NCBI RefSeq assembly: GCF_009914755.1
Contig: NC_060926.1
DNA length: 64,000 nucleotides
Source: the human T2T-CHM13v2.0 reference genome, Homo sapiens
Reading direction: 5' to 3' (one strand)
Shown in pieces: positions 46,521-62,252 of this stretch. The translations under genes and the position numbers were made by a program. Below the pieces are notes generated by a model. It ran no database searches and had not been told where the DNA came from. It saw only the letters and a list, made by a program, of their open reading frames with translations. Every line of letters begins with the position of its first letter. Within the stretch, counting starts at the first letter, position 1.

Positions 46521-47975
46521 ATCAGAATTTCTGTTTTAGATATTTAGAGCCAGAAACAGTACCAAGCACATAGTGGGCTCATCTGTAATGTATTTTAATC
46601 TACTACTTTACCCAACTCTTAGCAGGCACTCAGCAGAATGCCTGGCACAGAGTAGGGGCACAGTAACTGCCCACTTCTTTCTATTCTTCCTCCTTGTTAC
46701 ACAGTACCTGGAGAAAACTGAAGCACATGAATATTTAGGCTTTGAAATGCGCTTGTCAAATGTACATGTTGAGGAACGCTTCCTCTCAAATAAATGATGT
46801 TACTCTTATTTGTATAGACTCATCAAAGTCCTTGATTATATATAATTACATGAGATAATGTTCTAACAATAACCTTTTATCACCCCCAACAGCAAATGTT
46901 GAGAAGCTAGTTGGGAAAATTTTTGAATATGCTGAAGAAATATGACACAGAAATGAAATGGTATCAACATTGGAGCCTAGAATGTTTTGAGTTCAGAATA
47001 GAAACCTGGAAACAAGGAATGAATAAGCTAAAAATAAAAGAATTTTCTCTTTTATCTAAATATTAGAGTATGGCTCATGCAAAAGGATAGAATCTCCATG
47101 GTTAGGAGCAGCCCCCTGGCTTTTTGTTTGTTTGTTTTCTGATTGGCAAATTTCATTTGGCCATCCTAATAACCAATTTCTGCTTAGTCATTGGAAATGT
47201 TAAAAAATGGTTTTGATTTTATTGTGTTGTTAGGATGGCAGAAAATGATATCAAATAGCCTTTAGCAAAATTCCAGAGATTCCACAGGGGCTGAGAGGGA
47301 AAGGAGGATTTCTGGGCTATTGCCCATAAGGGGAAGTGATTTCACTCATTCATTTATTTAACAAATAGGTGTTGAATGTTGACTAAATGAAGAAATTAAG
47401 GAAGGAACAGGAGTTCTGAGATCAATAAGAGAGCCCTCTGGGCAATGCTTTCTAGAGAAATGTTTCCTCATAAAAACACCCATGTCTTCTCCCTGTAGAG
47501 GTAGACATTTCCTTTTTTATGTGAATAAATTAACCCATACATCTTTTACTTCATTTGGATGTTTGCACTTCAGGTGTTCATTTGGAAGCTTGCAGTTTGA
47601 CAACATGTGACAGGTGTGTTTCAGGCCAGTGAGTGCAGGGGTGTGAGGTGGTGAGATCTGGTGGGAAGAGGAGGAAAATGAGGGCTATTTTTATGTTAAC
47701 CTCAGTGCCTCAGAAGGACCACAAGTTATGGTTTGGGGTTTTGATTTTAGTTTAAATTGGTGTTTATTTTTTCCCCTAAATGAAATAAACTTTCACTTCC
47801 TAAGTTTTCTGTGTAATGTGGTGTTCCTCAAAGACGGTGGAGAAGAAACACTCGAAAATCTCAAGTTTTTAATCCATCAGGATCCGCTGGTCTCCTTGCT
47901 TCCCTGCCCTGGGATATGTCTAGGAAGGACTATTTTTAGATAAGCCACGGTTAAGGTAGGCTTAGATGGCTAGAG

Positions 47976-48140
47976 CAGTGCTTCTCAAACTTTATTATTC
48001 ATACAAATCACTTGGGGCCAGGAAAAATGGCCAGTTGGGCCAGATTCCAATTCAGCAGGTCTGCCATTAGGACCCGAGAGCCTACATTTCTAACAAGCTC
48101 CAGGCCATGCTCATGTCCACCAACCATACTTTGAGTAGAA
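47976..48140. mobile_element. MER5-like
   Basis: CAGTGCTTCTCAAACTTT...CATTTCTAACAAGCTCC...CTTTGAGTAG. Confidence 0.7.
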
Positions 48141-48648
48141 AGGGCTTAGAGGACCTCTGGCTGGTTGTAATAAAGGAAAGAGCTCGAGTAGTTTCTAAAA
48201 TCTTTTCTTTCCCAGATTAATCAGAACAAACCTGTTTTCCTTATTTCCTAAACAAAATTCCAAAAAAAACTTTTTTGAAGCAAAGATCATATGTGTTTTC
48301 AAGTATCAAGAGATCTGAAGCTTTTTGCCAACATAAAGCTAATTAAACTTCAAGCTCCAGTACTTTCAACACAATTATCCTTACTTTGCCATGTAAATAG
48401 TTAATAGGATTTATTTTTGTGCTTAAAGAATATGTATTGTTGTATGTACTTATATTTGTCCGTGTCAGTCTTGACCCTTAGAATTTTGGGGCACAGATGG
48501 TGTATATCTGACTTATAACCACAGAAACACCAAACACAGGAGCTAAGAATATTACTAGGGGCCAGCTAGTTCCATGTCATCCCAACATGGCATGGCTCCC
48601 ACTGTGGGTAAGAGAGATGATTTTAGGTGTAACATGAAAAAACATTTA

Positions 48649-48994
<346 letters not shown>

Positions 48995-49423
48995 TTAATA
49001 CATAAAGTATATTTTATATATTAGGGAAAGTTACAACTAGATTTTTAGGGAAAGCTAGCACATCTTGCCCAGGATTTCATGGATATGATTATGAGAAAAA
49101 TGCCACATTAACTTACCTTTTAAAAGGGGGTTGCTGTAAAGAACAAATACGGTATGAATGTCATTATTGTAGAACATACAGATAGTAAAGATGGTGAGAG
49201 TTATTTGCGAATAACTGAGGTTTTGGAAATAGTATTTAATCCAACACTAAAACTCACAACTGAGGAAACAAGCTCAGAAGAATCACCATGTTTCAGAGAA
49301 TTTAAGATGCCATGGATCATAGGATGTGTCTTAATTTCTGAGATGCTAAAATGTGAGGAAATTTCAAGAATAAATGAAATATGAAAGTAGGTTACTCAAA
49401 ATCAGACATCTAGGATTAAGAGT

Positions 49424-49691
49424 ATTTATTTATTTTTATTTATTATTAGTTTTTGAGCCAGGGTCTCACTCTGTCACCCAGGCTGGACTGCAGTGGCACA
49501 CTGCAGCCTCCACCTCCCAGGTTCAAGCAATCCTCCGTCTTAGCCCCCCAAGTAGCTGGGACTACAGATGCGCGCCACCACACCTGGCTAATTTTTGCCC
49601 AGGCTGGTCTCAAACTCCTGGACTCAAGCAATCTACCCACCTTGGTCTCTCAAAGTGCTGTGATTATAGGCATGAGCCACCACACCTGGCT
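49424..49691 (-). mobile_element. AluJ with internal deletions
   Basis: TSD GGATTAAGA(G/A)TATTTA at 49413-49428 and 49692-49707. Confidence 0.9.
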
Positions 49692-49889
49692 GGATTAAGA
49701 ATATTTAAAGGGTAATTTCTTCTCTAAGAACCTTTCTACTTTAATAGGTGATAAGTGTTCACCCAAAGGAATAACATTCTCAGGATGGAATTTCAGGCAT
49801 TGCCTGTGGTGAAATAGTTTTGGGCAACAGCCCTTCCAAGGTCCCCTGAAGTCATCCTTGTAGAAGCTGCCTGTTCTCCTGTCAATGTC

Positions 49890-50425
49890 CTCCAGTCAAA
49901 TATCACCAGGAACGCAGCTGTAAATGAACAAGTTGGGTTTACTACTCATTGCAGTGAGGGAGAACTGTGAAGCATCTCAGCTAGAAGTGTTTGAAAGGAC
50001 ATATGGTAGGATTTGGGCTTGAATTATGTGATTTTGAAAAAGGTTTGAGGAAGCTGGGCCTTGGTCTGGAATAGATGCTGTCGGGGAGCCAAGGCAATTC
50101 TATGATTTGGCGTCCTAATAAAACTTTGCTAGAGGGTGAGAGAAATGAAGGAAAGCTAAAGCTGGGATTAGTAAGGAAACAGCATTCACTCGTATTAGCC
50201 AGGGCAAAGGGATGTTTGGTTATTTTGGTGGTTTGGACAATGTTCATGTTTTTGTCCATATTCAGACATAAGAGAGTGGTCTCGTCTTTGTGTTGAGCCA
50301 TCAGGATCACAGAGTGGCCTTATCTGATGTTAATGTTTATGAAATTGTTTATGTTCAACAGAATGAGACTTGGCTGTGAGTGCCATGTCAACCCCTGGAT
50401 GTCAGGGCTGCTCTTCCTTCTCACA
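49890..50425 (-). mobile_element. ERV1-like LTR remnant (family uncertain)
   Basis: AACAAGTTGGGTTTACTACTCATTGCAGTGAGGGAGAAC resembles the reverse strand of MER4-group LTRs. Confidence 0.4.
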
Positions 50426-50461
50426 CCCAGGCAGCTCTCTCCTAAACTGTCTTGCTCCATT

Positions 50462-50790
50462 TAGCAGAAGGGTGGTTACCAGAGGCTTGGAAGGGTAGTG
50501 GGGGCTTGAGGTGGGGAGGTGGAGATGGTTAATGGGTACAAAAAAAAAGAAAGAATGAATAACACCTAACATTTGATAACTTAATTGTACATTTTTAAAT
50601 AACTAAACAAATGTAATTTGTTTGTAACACAAAGGATAAATGCTTGAGGGGATGGATACCTCATTCTCCATGATGTGCTTATTTCACATTGCATGCCTGT
50701 ATCAGAACGTCTCATGTACCCCATAAATATTTACAGCTACTATGTACCCACAAAAATTAAAAATTTAAACATTTTTAAAAATTAAAATGA
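50462..50790 (+). mobile_element. L1MA-like 3' end
   Basis: GATGGATACCTCATTCTCCATGATGTGCTTATTTCACATTGCATGCCTGTATCA...TACTATGTACCCACAAAAATT. Confidence 0.85.
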
Positions 50791-51234
50791 AAACAAAATG
50801 TCAGATGCAAATTGTCAGCAAGTTAAGAATTTTGTATAATGCTAATAAATGGAAGACCCAGACTTGGACTTTAGGATGGCAAATGCCTTTGTTTAACTCT
50901 GAAAGTAATGGCCCTGCTATTTTATCCTTCTAGAGAATGTGATCTTCAGCCATCCATGACAATCAATACTCTACTTCAGTAAAGGCAATAATCTGTGTGC
51001 TCATCAGTTCATCCTTCACCAGCCGTCTCACACATACCCTCTCTTTTTACATGACAAAGAGTAATTGCCCTACTGAGACTTCCCTGGGATTTCTTTGCTT
51101 GGTCAATAGCATTTACCGGTGGTGGCAGAGCAAGAAAAGTATCTTAGAAACAGAACTCTCTCAAGGCCTGTGATGCTAACGGCCACCACCTCCCAAGGCT
51201 AGAGGCATTATTAACTAGAGGTAAGTAGGAGGAA

Positions 51235-51420
51235 ATGAAGGTAGATTAGTAGTTGCCAGGAGCTGGGGATAGGGAGTTTCCTTAGGGGTGATGAAAGCAT
51301 TCTAGAATTAGATAGTGGTGATGGTTGCACAACCTTTTGAATGTACTAAAAATCACTGAATTGTACACTCAAATGGATACATTTTATTGAATTATATATC
51401 AATTAAAAAATTTTTTTAAA
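51235..51420 (+). mobile_element. L1MB-like 3' end
   Basis: GGGGTGATGAAAGCATTCTAGAATTAGATAGTGGTGATGGTTGCACAAC. Confidence 0.75.
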
Positions 51421-51489
51421 GAACTGAATAACAAGAGAGGTCAAATAACACTTCAGAAAGACTTATCTTATTGGTCATCGTTGGATTTC

Positions 51490-51936
51490 TTTTTTTTTTC
51501 AGCTTTTAAGTTTAGGGGTCACATGCACGATGTGCAGGTTTGTTAATAGGTAAACGTGTGCCATGGTGATTTGCTGCACAGATCATCCCATCACCTAGGT
51601 ATTAAGCCCAGCATCCATTAACTATTTTTCCTGATGCTCTCCTTCCTCTGACCCTCAACCCCCAGTCAGCTCTACTGTGTGTTTTTCCCCTCTATGTGTC
51701 CATGTGTTCTCATCATTCAGCTCCTACTTCTAAGTGACAACATGCGGTATTTGGTTTTCTGTTGCTTCATTAGTTTGCTGAGGATAGTGACTTCCAACTC
51801 CATCCATGTCCCTGCAAAGGACATAATCTTGTTCTTTTTTATAGCTGTATAGTGTTCCGTGGTGTATATGTACCGAATTTTTTTTTTATCCAGTCTATCA
51901 TTGATGGGCATTTAGGTTGATTCCATGTCTTTGCTA
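51490..51936 (-). mobile_element. Older L1PA 3' end
   Basis: Reverse-complement L1PA 3' UTR; minus ORF ends MSFAGTWMELEVTILSKL like the ORF2 C-terminus; GGATTTC on both flanks. Confidence 0.9.
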
Positions 51937-52349
51937 GGATTTCATTTTTATTTTTGTCCCCTAAATTGTGGAGTTTTCTAGTTCATCAGTAATGTGGCAT
52001 TTGATGTGATGGATTCATTTAGTAACAGGGTTGCTAGTAGTAATCAAAGCTTTCTTCTCTGGCTAAAGGTAACCAGTAGAATTGGTCATTGTGATTGTGG
52101 TTAATTCAGTCTGCTCAGCACAGCACTATCAGAAGTGGAAGCTTCCTCTTTGGAATAATGTAGAGTGAACCAGGGTAGGATATTATATTCTGTTCTTGTA
52201 ATAGGAAGCTTCATTTTTAAGAAGTCAGTTGTGTTTTCAGAGAGAATCCATACTTGTCTTTTAAAATATTTTGTCATCAGTTCTAGCAAAAGTCTAAATC
52301 AGTAGTTTCTAAAGGATTTCTTCAAAGGCTAAAACTCAGTTGAGAGTAA

Positions 52350-52696
52350 TATATTAAGCCATTCTTGCATGCTATAAAGAAATACCTGAGACTGGGTGAT
52401 TTATAAAGAAAAGAGGTTTAAGTGGCTCACAGTTCTGCAGGCTGCACAAGCGTGGCACCAGCATTGCTCACCTTTTGGAAGACCTCAGGGAGCTTTTACT
52501 CATAGCAGAAGGCAAAACAGGAGCAGGCATATCACACTCATAAACAACCAGATCTCATGTGAATTCAGAGCAAGAGCTCATTTATCGCCAAGGAGCTAGC
52601 CCATGATCCAAACATCTCCTATTAGGCCTCACCTCCAACAGTGGGATTACATTTCAACATGAGATTTGGACAGGGACAAATATTCAAACCATACAA
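52350..52696 (-). mobile_element. MST-type MaLR solo LTR
   Basis: GCTATAAAGAAATACCTGAGACTGGGTGATTTATAAAGAAAAGAGG...CATTTCAACATGAGATTTGG. Confidence 0.85.
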
Positions 52697-54204
52697 AGAA
52701 TTAGGAAAGTAATAGAAAGTATGTCATCCTGCACAGATTTATAATACACACAAGGATGCTCCCAGCTCATTCATTCATCTGTGTGCCATCATTCTGCCAG
52801 GCACTGAGGGATACAAGGGTGAATTGGACACATCACCTGCTGCCAGAGAACTTCAAGTGCAGTAGCACAACTGAGCGTGCTTTTTATGTCATCTGGGTAT
52901 ATGGCCGGGCTGCATTTTGTTAGTTTGTTTAAGATATTGTCTTATACTGATTCTATAATAATGGAAATTAAGACCCTGGACTTGGAAATAAAAGAGAAAA
53001 GATATCTTTATTCATTATTTAGGAAAAAACTCCTCTCAAAGAGGAATCTGTTCTTTCTTTGGGACCTCTTTGAATCCGTGGGATGATACTGTGTCAGTTC
53101 TGAGGGAAGGGACAGCTGCCTGGGCCGCTCCGTCTGAGGCCCACTCTGCCATTTCCTCTGGGAAGTATGATATTAGGTAGTATTCTCATGCAGAAAAAGC
53201 TCTCAAGTATTGCAAGCTTCCAAACATTTTTTAATATGAGCACCCCATTTTTAAAATAAAATAACAAACTTCTACATGATAGTGGTTTAAGTAGCCATTG
53301 ATTGAGAAAATACATCATAAGTAGGTCAAATGAATGTAGTAATACTTTGATACGATTGTATATTTCAACAATCACAACAGCATCTGTATACACTTGAAAC
53401 ATAGAATAGCATTTACTCAGTTTACACACAATTCTTCTCAACCATCAGATTTCCAAAAATGTAAGTTTCCAAAAATTTAAAGTTCTAACTCTGTGTTAAT
53501 GAGAGTGTGGCAAACTTCTGTGCCCTGGGTGGGATAGATTGCTTTTTGGAAAGCAATCAGACAATATCTATCAAAAATTTAAATTTAAATGTGCATTCTC
53601 TTTGACTCAGCTATTTCACTTTCACTTAAAAAAAAAAGTCTGTGACATATTATTAAGAAAGAATTTAAGTTACAGAACAACACAAATAGGATAGTCCCAT
53701 TAAGATAAAATATATTCATATGTTTAGTCTACAAGCCTACACAGACACAAGAGACATTTTTTAGCTAATTTACACTAGGATTTATCAGATTTGGGTAATG
53801 TATTGATCCCGTAAAGGGAAACAGTTCTTTGGATACTTACTATTGGCTTAAAATTTTCAATCCTAAATTTTACTTAACTAGGTATAAGTAGTAGAAACCA
53901 GTGTTCTCTTTATGTTTTAGCACTCATAGGAATGTAAATCCAAAGACAATTTACAAATTAAATGCCTTAGGAATCTGTGTCATAAAAACCCAGATTCACA
54001 GATGATGTGCTAAAAATGAGGTTTCTGATGAAGTTACAATTGTAGAAAGATGTACAAGTCTATCATAAATCTTTTTCCATTTGGCTATGTCAGTATTCTT
54101 TGTATTGTTATTATGCTAGAAAAAAATATGAAAAAACTTCAAGCCTATGTTTAAAATTCAAGATAATCAGACCACACTGAACCAAAACTGTAGACCAGTT
54201 TTAA

Positions 54205-54233
54205 TGATATGACACCTGATATGACACCTGATA
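54205..54233. repeat. 12-bp tandem duplication
   Basis: TGATATGACACC x2.4. Confidence 0.85.
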
Positions 54234-54275
54234 ACTCCACATTGGTTTTGGCCCCTTAAAAGTAAGGTTAATGTT

Positions 54276-54612
<337 letters not shown>

Positions 54613-55458
54613 AAAAGTAAGGTTAATGTGATTTTTTTAAGTATTAAATATTCTGGGGGAACAGAAAATAATATCTGAATCTGCTCTATTTTTTGTAGAT
54701 GTTGAAAAAAATGCAAAGTTTCAACACAGAGTTAGCTCATAGTCAAAGTGTAGAAAGAAAATGCTAAAAGCTGGAAATGAGTCATTTATATCATTTAGAA
54801 AATAACCAAAATTCAAATATTATTCTTTCTATCTTTTCTATAATTGAAATGTTCAAGCTAGTATCAGCATGATGTCCTGTGACTTTCAGATAGGCCAAAT
54901 GTATCATCTTCATATTAAATCTGCTTCTGGTCTTTTCTCATTACTCCTCATTAATTAAAGTAGTGCATTACTCATTTTAATTATGTTAATTTTCAGGATG
55001 TTAATTTGAATCCTCAACTTATTAAATAATTCTAAAAACTAAAGTCTTTGCATTTGAAAATGACACTCAACTGTAAATTATCACAGCCAAAGGGAGGCTT
55101 TGTCTTGATAACGAGAAAAGAATTCAATGTAAGGGTGACAGTTATCATTTTGATGCTGAGACCTGCCAACCTTATGGCAGTCAGGCTTGCTTTCTGACTC
55201 ATAAATGATTAAAAACCAGAGAAGGATGGTCAGAGTGTTTATGGCATGAGTGGTAGCATTTCGAGTGACTTTTCCCTTTGCTTTATCCTTTCATGTAGTA
55301 TCTGAAACTTTGTATATGATAGTGATTGTTTACACAAACTTAAAAGTAAATGATAAATCTAATTTCATTGTGGAAAAAATAAAAAGATAAAATGCTATCA
55401 TTGTAAGTTTTCACTTGACTCCCAAAGATTTTAAACACAAATGAAACTGAGGGCGATT

Positions 55459-55780
<322 letters not shown>

Positions 55781-55919
55781 GAAAACGAGGGCGATAGAAT
55801 TGGAGTCTAGCCTTAGGTTGAATGTGGTCATCTTCTGGTATCCAGATGGTGGACTTTTTCATATTTAATCGTTGAGATGGCTATCCAAATGCATAGATAA
55901 AATTAAAAATAATTTCGTG

Positions 55920-56205
55920 GGCTGGGCGTGGTGGCTCATGTCTGTAATCCCAGCACTTTGGGAGACCAAGGCGAGCAGATCAACTGAGGTCAGGAGTTCG
56001 AGACCAGCCTGGCCAACATGGTGAAACCCTGTCTCTACTAAAAATACAAGAAGTAGTCGGGCATGGTGGCGGGTGCCTGTAATCCCAGCTACTCAGGAGG
56101 ATGAGGCAGAGAATCGCTTGAATCTGGGAGGCGGAGGTTGCAGTGAGCCAAGATCTCACCACTGCACTCCAGCGTGGGTGACAGAACGAGACTCTATCTC
56201 AAAAT
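55920..56205 (+). mobile_element. AluSx-like
   Basis: Full Alu with degenerate tail. Confidence 0.92.
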
Positions 56206-57234
56206 AATAGTAATTATTGTTATTATTTGGATAAAGAACTTGTGGGCCTCAGATAATATGTCCAGAATCTCCAGGGATCCTTAGACCTGGCTGAAAAAAT
56301 ATATCTTTATGTGTCATTTAAAGTTTTTATGGTGAGCAAGATATAAATAAAGTGTGCTATCTTCTAGTCCCCCACCTTCTCACCTGCTCTCCCGTTTCCA
56401 TTACAGGGTTCCCTCCCCTTGTGTGTCTACCTAGAACCTCTCCTGGTTCCTTTCAGTTGCTCTTGTCTCACCAAAAAGTGCTTTGATACATGGACAGGAC
56501 TGCTACAGAAACAGCCAGCTATGCAGCATGACCAAGACAGAAAGGAACAGACCAAAGATTGGGTGCCACACAGGAAGCCCAATATGCACAGTCCCAGCTA
56601 GGATTAAGAGGTGAGAGGGAACCCAGGGTTTTGAAGCTTAAAACTGCGGGTATTGGCTCCATATTGGAAAGCAAAGTCTCTGAGTGCTGCTGATTGGCAA
56701 CCAGTGTCAAGGCTTGAGGATGGGGAGCACTGAGTCCCCTGGAGGGTCTCCAGTGTACCTCTGGTGTCCACCCACAATGCCGGGTCCAGCGCCTCTGCTG
56801 TGTGAGTGATGTACCTGGATTTTGGAGCTCAACCAGGTTTGCAGGTTAGGTGCCGTGATGGGGATTAGTCAGCATCTAGAAGATGGTTTAAAGCACCCAC
56901 TTTACAAGAAGACTCAGAAAGTTAGGGGAAAGCTTAAACGTTAGCTACTCTACCTCCTACAAATGGGAGAATATGAGTTTCATGGTGCTTATTGCTTGCC
57001 CAGTGGATCCATTGGAAATAGAATCCAATTATCTTGACTCATCTCAGAGCTCTTTGAAATTACAATGCATTGCAAAATCATCTTAAATGAAATAACCACC
57101 TTCTCCCTTTCAGAAAAACAAAAGCAATGTGGGAAGTGTCCATATTCAGCAAGACATTATAGGGAGCACCCATGAAACCAAAGTTTTGTCAGAAAGAGTT
57201 GCCTTTTATGAACCTCCCCACTGCTTCCCCTCTC

Positions 57235-57720
57235 TCAGGCTGGGCTCCCCAGAAGAGGACTCTGACAGAGTCAGATGCATGTGCAACCCCAGTGTCAAAG
57301 AAAGTGCTTCAGGAAACCCAAAGAGAATGGGGCAAGCAGGATGGGGAAGGGAGAGAACTCAAGCAAGAGTATGATTCAGGCAAAGTCTAGAGAAAGGAAA
57401 CCAGCCTGATCCCACAGGGGACATCTGGAGTGAAAGTTACACTTCAGAGTTCCGTCCTCACGACTTGAGCAAGAGGATTAGCGTTTCATACCCCACTGTC
57501 TTGAGCAAAGGCCTGCCTGCAGTAGCTTAAACTCCTGGGTACCTCCAGCTGCTGCATAAGCAGGCAAAACTGCTCCAAGATTCCAACGGCAGGCCTCTGC
57601 GGAAAGCCACAGGTGCAGGCCACAGAAGGCACAGGGGCCAGGGGAGGGGCACACAAAACAGGACAGGGGATGTGGAGAGGAGTGGCAGTATCCACGACAC
57701 ACCCAGAATCCCACAGTGCA
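57235..57720 (-). mobile_element. ERVL LTR remnant (LTR16-like)
   Basis: TGGGCTCCCCAGAAGAGGACTCTGACAGAG...GCAAGCAGGATGGGGAAGGGAGAGAA. Confidence 0.4.
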
Positions 57721-57818
57721 ATCTTCTGTCAGATCCTTTCCCTGTTTCTTCTATAAACCAAATTAAACAGATGTACAGACTTGAAAAAAATGCATCATAA
57801 AAATGAGGCCTCTAGATC

Positions 57819-58140
57819 AGAGGTCGGTAAACTTTGCCCATAAAGATAGAAAATATTTTAGGCTTTGTGGGCCATAAAGTGTCTGTTGCAACTATTCAAC
57901 TTTGCCAAAAGCAGCCACAGACAATACATAAACAAATGGGTGTGGCTGTGTGCCAATAGTACTTTGTGGACACCGAAATTTGAATTTCACATCATTTTCA
58001 CACATCATGAAATATCCTGCTTTTTGAATTTTTCCAAACATTCCAAAGTGTTAAAGCCATTCTTATCTTGCAGGCCATACAGACAATAGGCAGTGAGCTG
58101 ATTTTGGCTTGAAGACAGTATTTTCGAGCCTTGGCTCTAG
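57819..58140. mobile_element. MER58-like hAT MITE
   Basis: ATATTTTAGGCTTTGTGGGCCATA...GCAGCCACAGACAATACATAAACAAATGGGTGTGGCTGTG. Confidence 0.8.
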
Positions 58141-58185
58141 ATCAGTGGTTTGTGCACTCCTTTGACCGTGACTGTGAGCAAATAA

Positions 58186-58391
<206 letters not shown>

Positions 58392-59361
58392 TTTTATATT
58401 AAACCTAGAACATACGTAAACACACATACACATATGTAATTAAAGCTGAAGTTTCATAAAACAGTTCTTATGTTTTCTCTGAACTGTAAACTCTGGTGTT
58501 CTCATTTTCATCCTCCTTGATTTTGTTTTGAAATGCTGTCGTGATCCATTGACTTGTTTCTCCAGTCCCCAATGGGTCATGCCGCTTCTGGTTGGAAAGC
58601 CCTGCTGTGGATCCATTGAAGTCTGTGCTCTTGGTGGTGGCGGGTTTGCAGTCACAGTGGCTGTTTTGTATTCATCAGCTCTGACGTTACTTGGAATTTG
58701 TCAGTAAATAACATAAAGACCAAAAAAAGATGCTATCACAAACCTGTCAAGGGCAGCATGACAGGATTGCCTGCCTCAACCTGCCTGGCACCAGGTGTTT
58801 CAGGAAATTTCAGATGGCTCCCTGTCGTTCTTGATGTGTGATGCATGCATTTCATTTGAACTGAGCAGAATTCAGAGCAAAGAGAGAATTTAAAGTAACT
58901 GCAAGTCCCAGCCTGAAACCTCGCGTTTGGCAATTTTGAAGAGACTGTGGGCCATTTACATTATAGCCATGTTTGTCACCAGCTGAGGTATTTGAAAAGT
59001 GTGACAATTTCAAATAGCAGCCCTCTGGTATATCTCAGCCAAGTATTAAGGTAGACTAGACCATGGTTGGCTTTAAAAAAAACAAAAAACAAAACAAACC
59101 TTCACTGTGATTAGAGGACAAAAGCTCGAATGCTCAGTATATTTTTCGAATCCAGGACAGCTTCGCACACCTCCCCTTGCAGTTCAGGGTTCAGGACTCA
59201 GCTCTGGAAAACAGGGACTAGATGAAACTTGCCTTTGTCATTTCCCACTGTCCATTTCCCTCTTGTCACTCTTCTCTGACCTCTCAGTCTTGCCTTCCTA
59301 TCTAGATTTTAAAGGTGTGGTGAGGGAGGCAGGGAGGGAACACTTTGAAATCCTTTTAAAA

Positions 59362-59491
59362 GGCCAGGCACCCTGGCACATGCCTGTAATTTCCAGCAGT
59401 TTGGGAGGCCAAGCTGGGGCCATTGCTTGAGGCCAGGAGTTTCAGACAAGCCTGGGGAACATAGCAAGACCCCATCTCTACAAAAATTAAA
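59362..59491 (+). mobile_element. Alu left monomer (FLAM/AluJ)
   Basis: Left-arm sequence ending in an A-rich tract that received the RPS29 retrocopy. Confidence 0.85.
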
Positions 59492-59505
59492 AAATAATGA
59501 AATTC

Positions 59506-59798
59506 GCCTTTGGCCTCATTGCACTCCTGACAGCAAGATGGGTCACCAGCAGCTATACTGGAGCCACCTGTGAAAATTCAGCCAGGGTTCTCATTCTTGT
59601 CGTGTCTGTTCAAACGGGCATGGTCTGATCTGGAAATATGGCCTCAATATGTGCCGCCAGTGTTTCCGTCAGTAAGCGAAGGAGATCGGTTTCATTAAGT
59701 TGGACTAAATGATCTTCCTTCAAAGGATTATCCAAGGCATCTACTCAATGAAAACCCACGATAGTTCTTGTACTTAAAATAAACATTTGAAAAAAAAT
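59506..59798 (+). pseudogene. RPS29: Processed pseudogene of 40S ribosomal protein S29 (uS14)
   Basis: 59538-59708 translates [54 protein letters not shown]; intronless; both UTRs present; AATAAA 59778-59783; poly-A; TSD AAATAATG(A/C)AATTC at 59492-59505 and 59799-59812. Confidence 0.97.
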
Positions 59799-60746
59799 AA
59801 ATAATGCAATTCTATTGAAAGACTTCATGCTTATTCCTATTCTCAGTATTCTCCTCCCATCTCCCATTCCCCCCAACCCCTATGCATGATGATGATGATG
59901 ACGGGGATCTTTCTGCTCTTTTCTCTCCCCAACTTCAGTTCAGTTTGGCTTAGAAAATATCTTTTGTGCACATTGCCTGTGCTAGACCCTGGGGATGGTA
60001 GTTGATGAGATAAGGAGGAGGAGGCAGTCATATTGAGCCACTCTAAGAATATGGGCCTTTATATGAGTGAAATGAGGAAAATGTGCAGGGTTTTGAGGAG
60101 GACAGTGGTATGATCTAACTAATGTCTTACTAGGATCATGGATGCTCCTTTAAGAATAGACTTAGGTAGGGCAGGAGTGGAAACAAGGAAACCAGTAAGG
60201 AAGCTGTTGTGAAAATTCTCATGAGAGATGATGGGCTAGAGTGTGGCACTGGAGACAATAAGGGATGATCAGATTCTGGATATATTGAAATGTAACGCCA
60301 ACATGATTTTCTGATGAATTAGATGTGGAATGTGAGAAAAAGACATTAAGGATAAAGCTATGTGTATTAAGTCTCTATTGCTCCATAAAAATTAGCATAA
60401 AACTTAGTATCTTAAAACAATTAATATTATAGTCTCACACGGTTTCAGTGGGTAAAGACTTTGGCAGTGGCTTAGCTGGTGGTTCAGTCATGATATTGCA
60501 GTCCAGATGTTCGTCAGGGTCATCCAAAAGCTTGACTGGAGCTGTAGGACCTACTTCCAAGATAGCACACTCATATGTGTGGTTAGTTGGTGTTGGCTGT
60601 GGGTAAGCACTTCAGTTTCTTGCCATAAGAACTTCCCCATAGGGCTGTTTGTGTGTCCTCATGACATGACAGCTGGCTTTCCCCAGAGCAAATGTTCCAA
60701 AAAAGAGCAAGGTGACTGCAGCTGTGTCTTTTAAGATCTAGTCTCA

Positions 60747-61478
<732 letters not shown>

Positions 61479-61587
61479 GGGAGAGATGAGAGATGGTGAA
61501 GATGGTAAGAGGTCTGCTTCTCCTTAGCTGCATTGAATGCAGTTTAAGAGAATGCTACTGTGAGGGGATGATCAAGACAGTCACAGA

Positions 61588-61945
61588 GAACAGATAAACA
61601 AAATGTAGTATATCCATATATTGGACTATTATTCCACAATTAAAAGATGAAACAAAAATGAGTCATGTACAATGTGGATGAACCTTGAAAACATTATGCT
61701 AAGTGAAAGAAGCTAAACAATAAACCCCATGTATTATATGATTTCATTTATATGAAGTGTCCAGAATAGGCAAATCTTTAGAGGTAGAGAGTAGATCATT
61801 GGTTTTCTAGGGCTAGGAGAGGAGAAGGGGCTTGGGAATGACTGTTAATGGGTATGGGGTTTCTTTGAGGGTTGATGAAAATGTTCTAAAATTAGACTTT
61901 GGTAATGGTTGCACCACTCTTTAAATATACTGTAAACTAACCATA
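61588..61945 (+). mobile_element. L1MB-like 3' fragment
   Basis: TGGATGAACCTTGAAAACATTATGCTAAGTGAAAGAAGC...GATGAAAATGTTCTAAAATTAGA. Confidence 0.8.
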
Positions 61946-61961
61946 TACTTGAAAAAAGATT

Positions 61962-62252
61962 GGCCGGGCGTGGTGGCTTATGCCTGTAATCCCAGCACTT
62001 TGGGACGCCAAGGCAGGAGGATCACAAGGTCAGGAGTTTGAGACCAGCCTGGCCAATATGGTGAAACCCCGTCTCTACTAAAAATACAAAAAATATTAGC
62101 CGGGCATGCTGGCGCATCCTTGTAATCCCACCTACTCAGGAGGCTGAGGCAGGAGAATTGCTTGAACCTGGGAGGTGGAGGTTGCAGTAAGCCGAGATCT
62201 TGCCACTGCAGTCCAGACTGGGCGACAGAGTGAGCCTCCATCTCAAAAAAAA
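61962..62252 (+). mobile_element. AluSg-like
   Basis: Full Alu with short poly-A. Confidence 0.93.
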
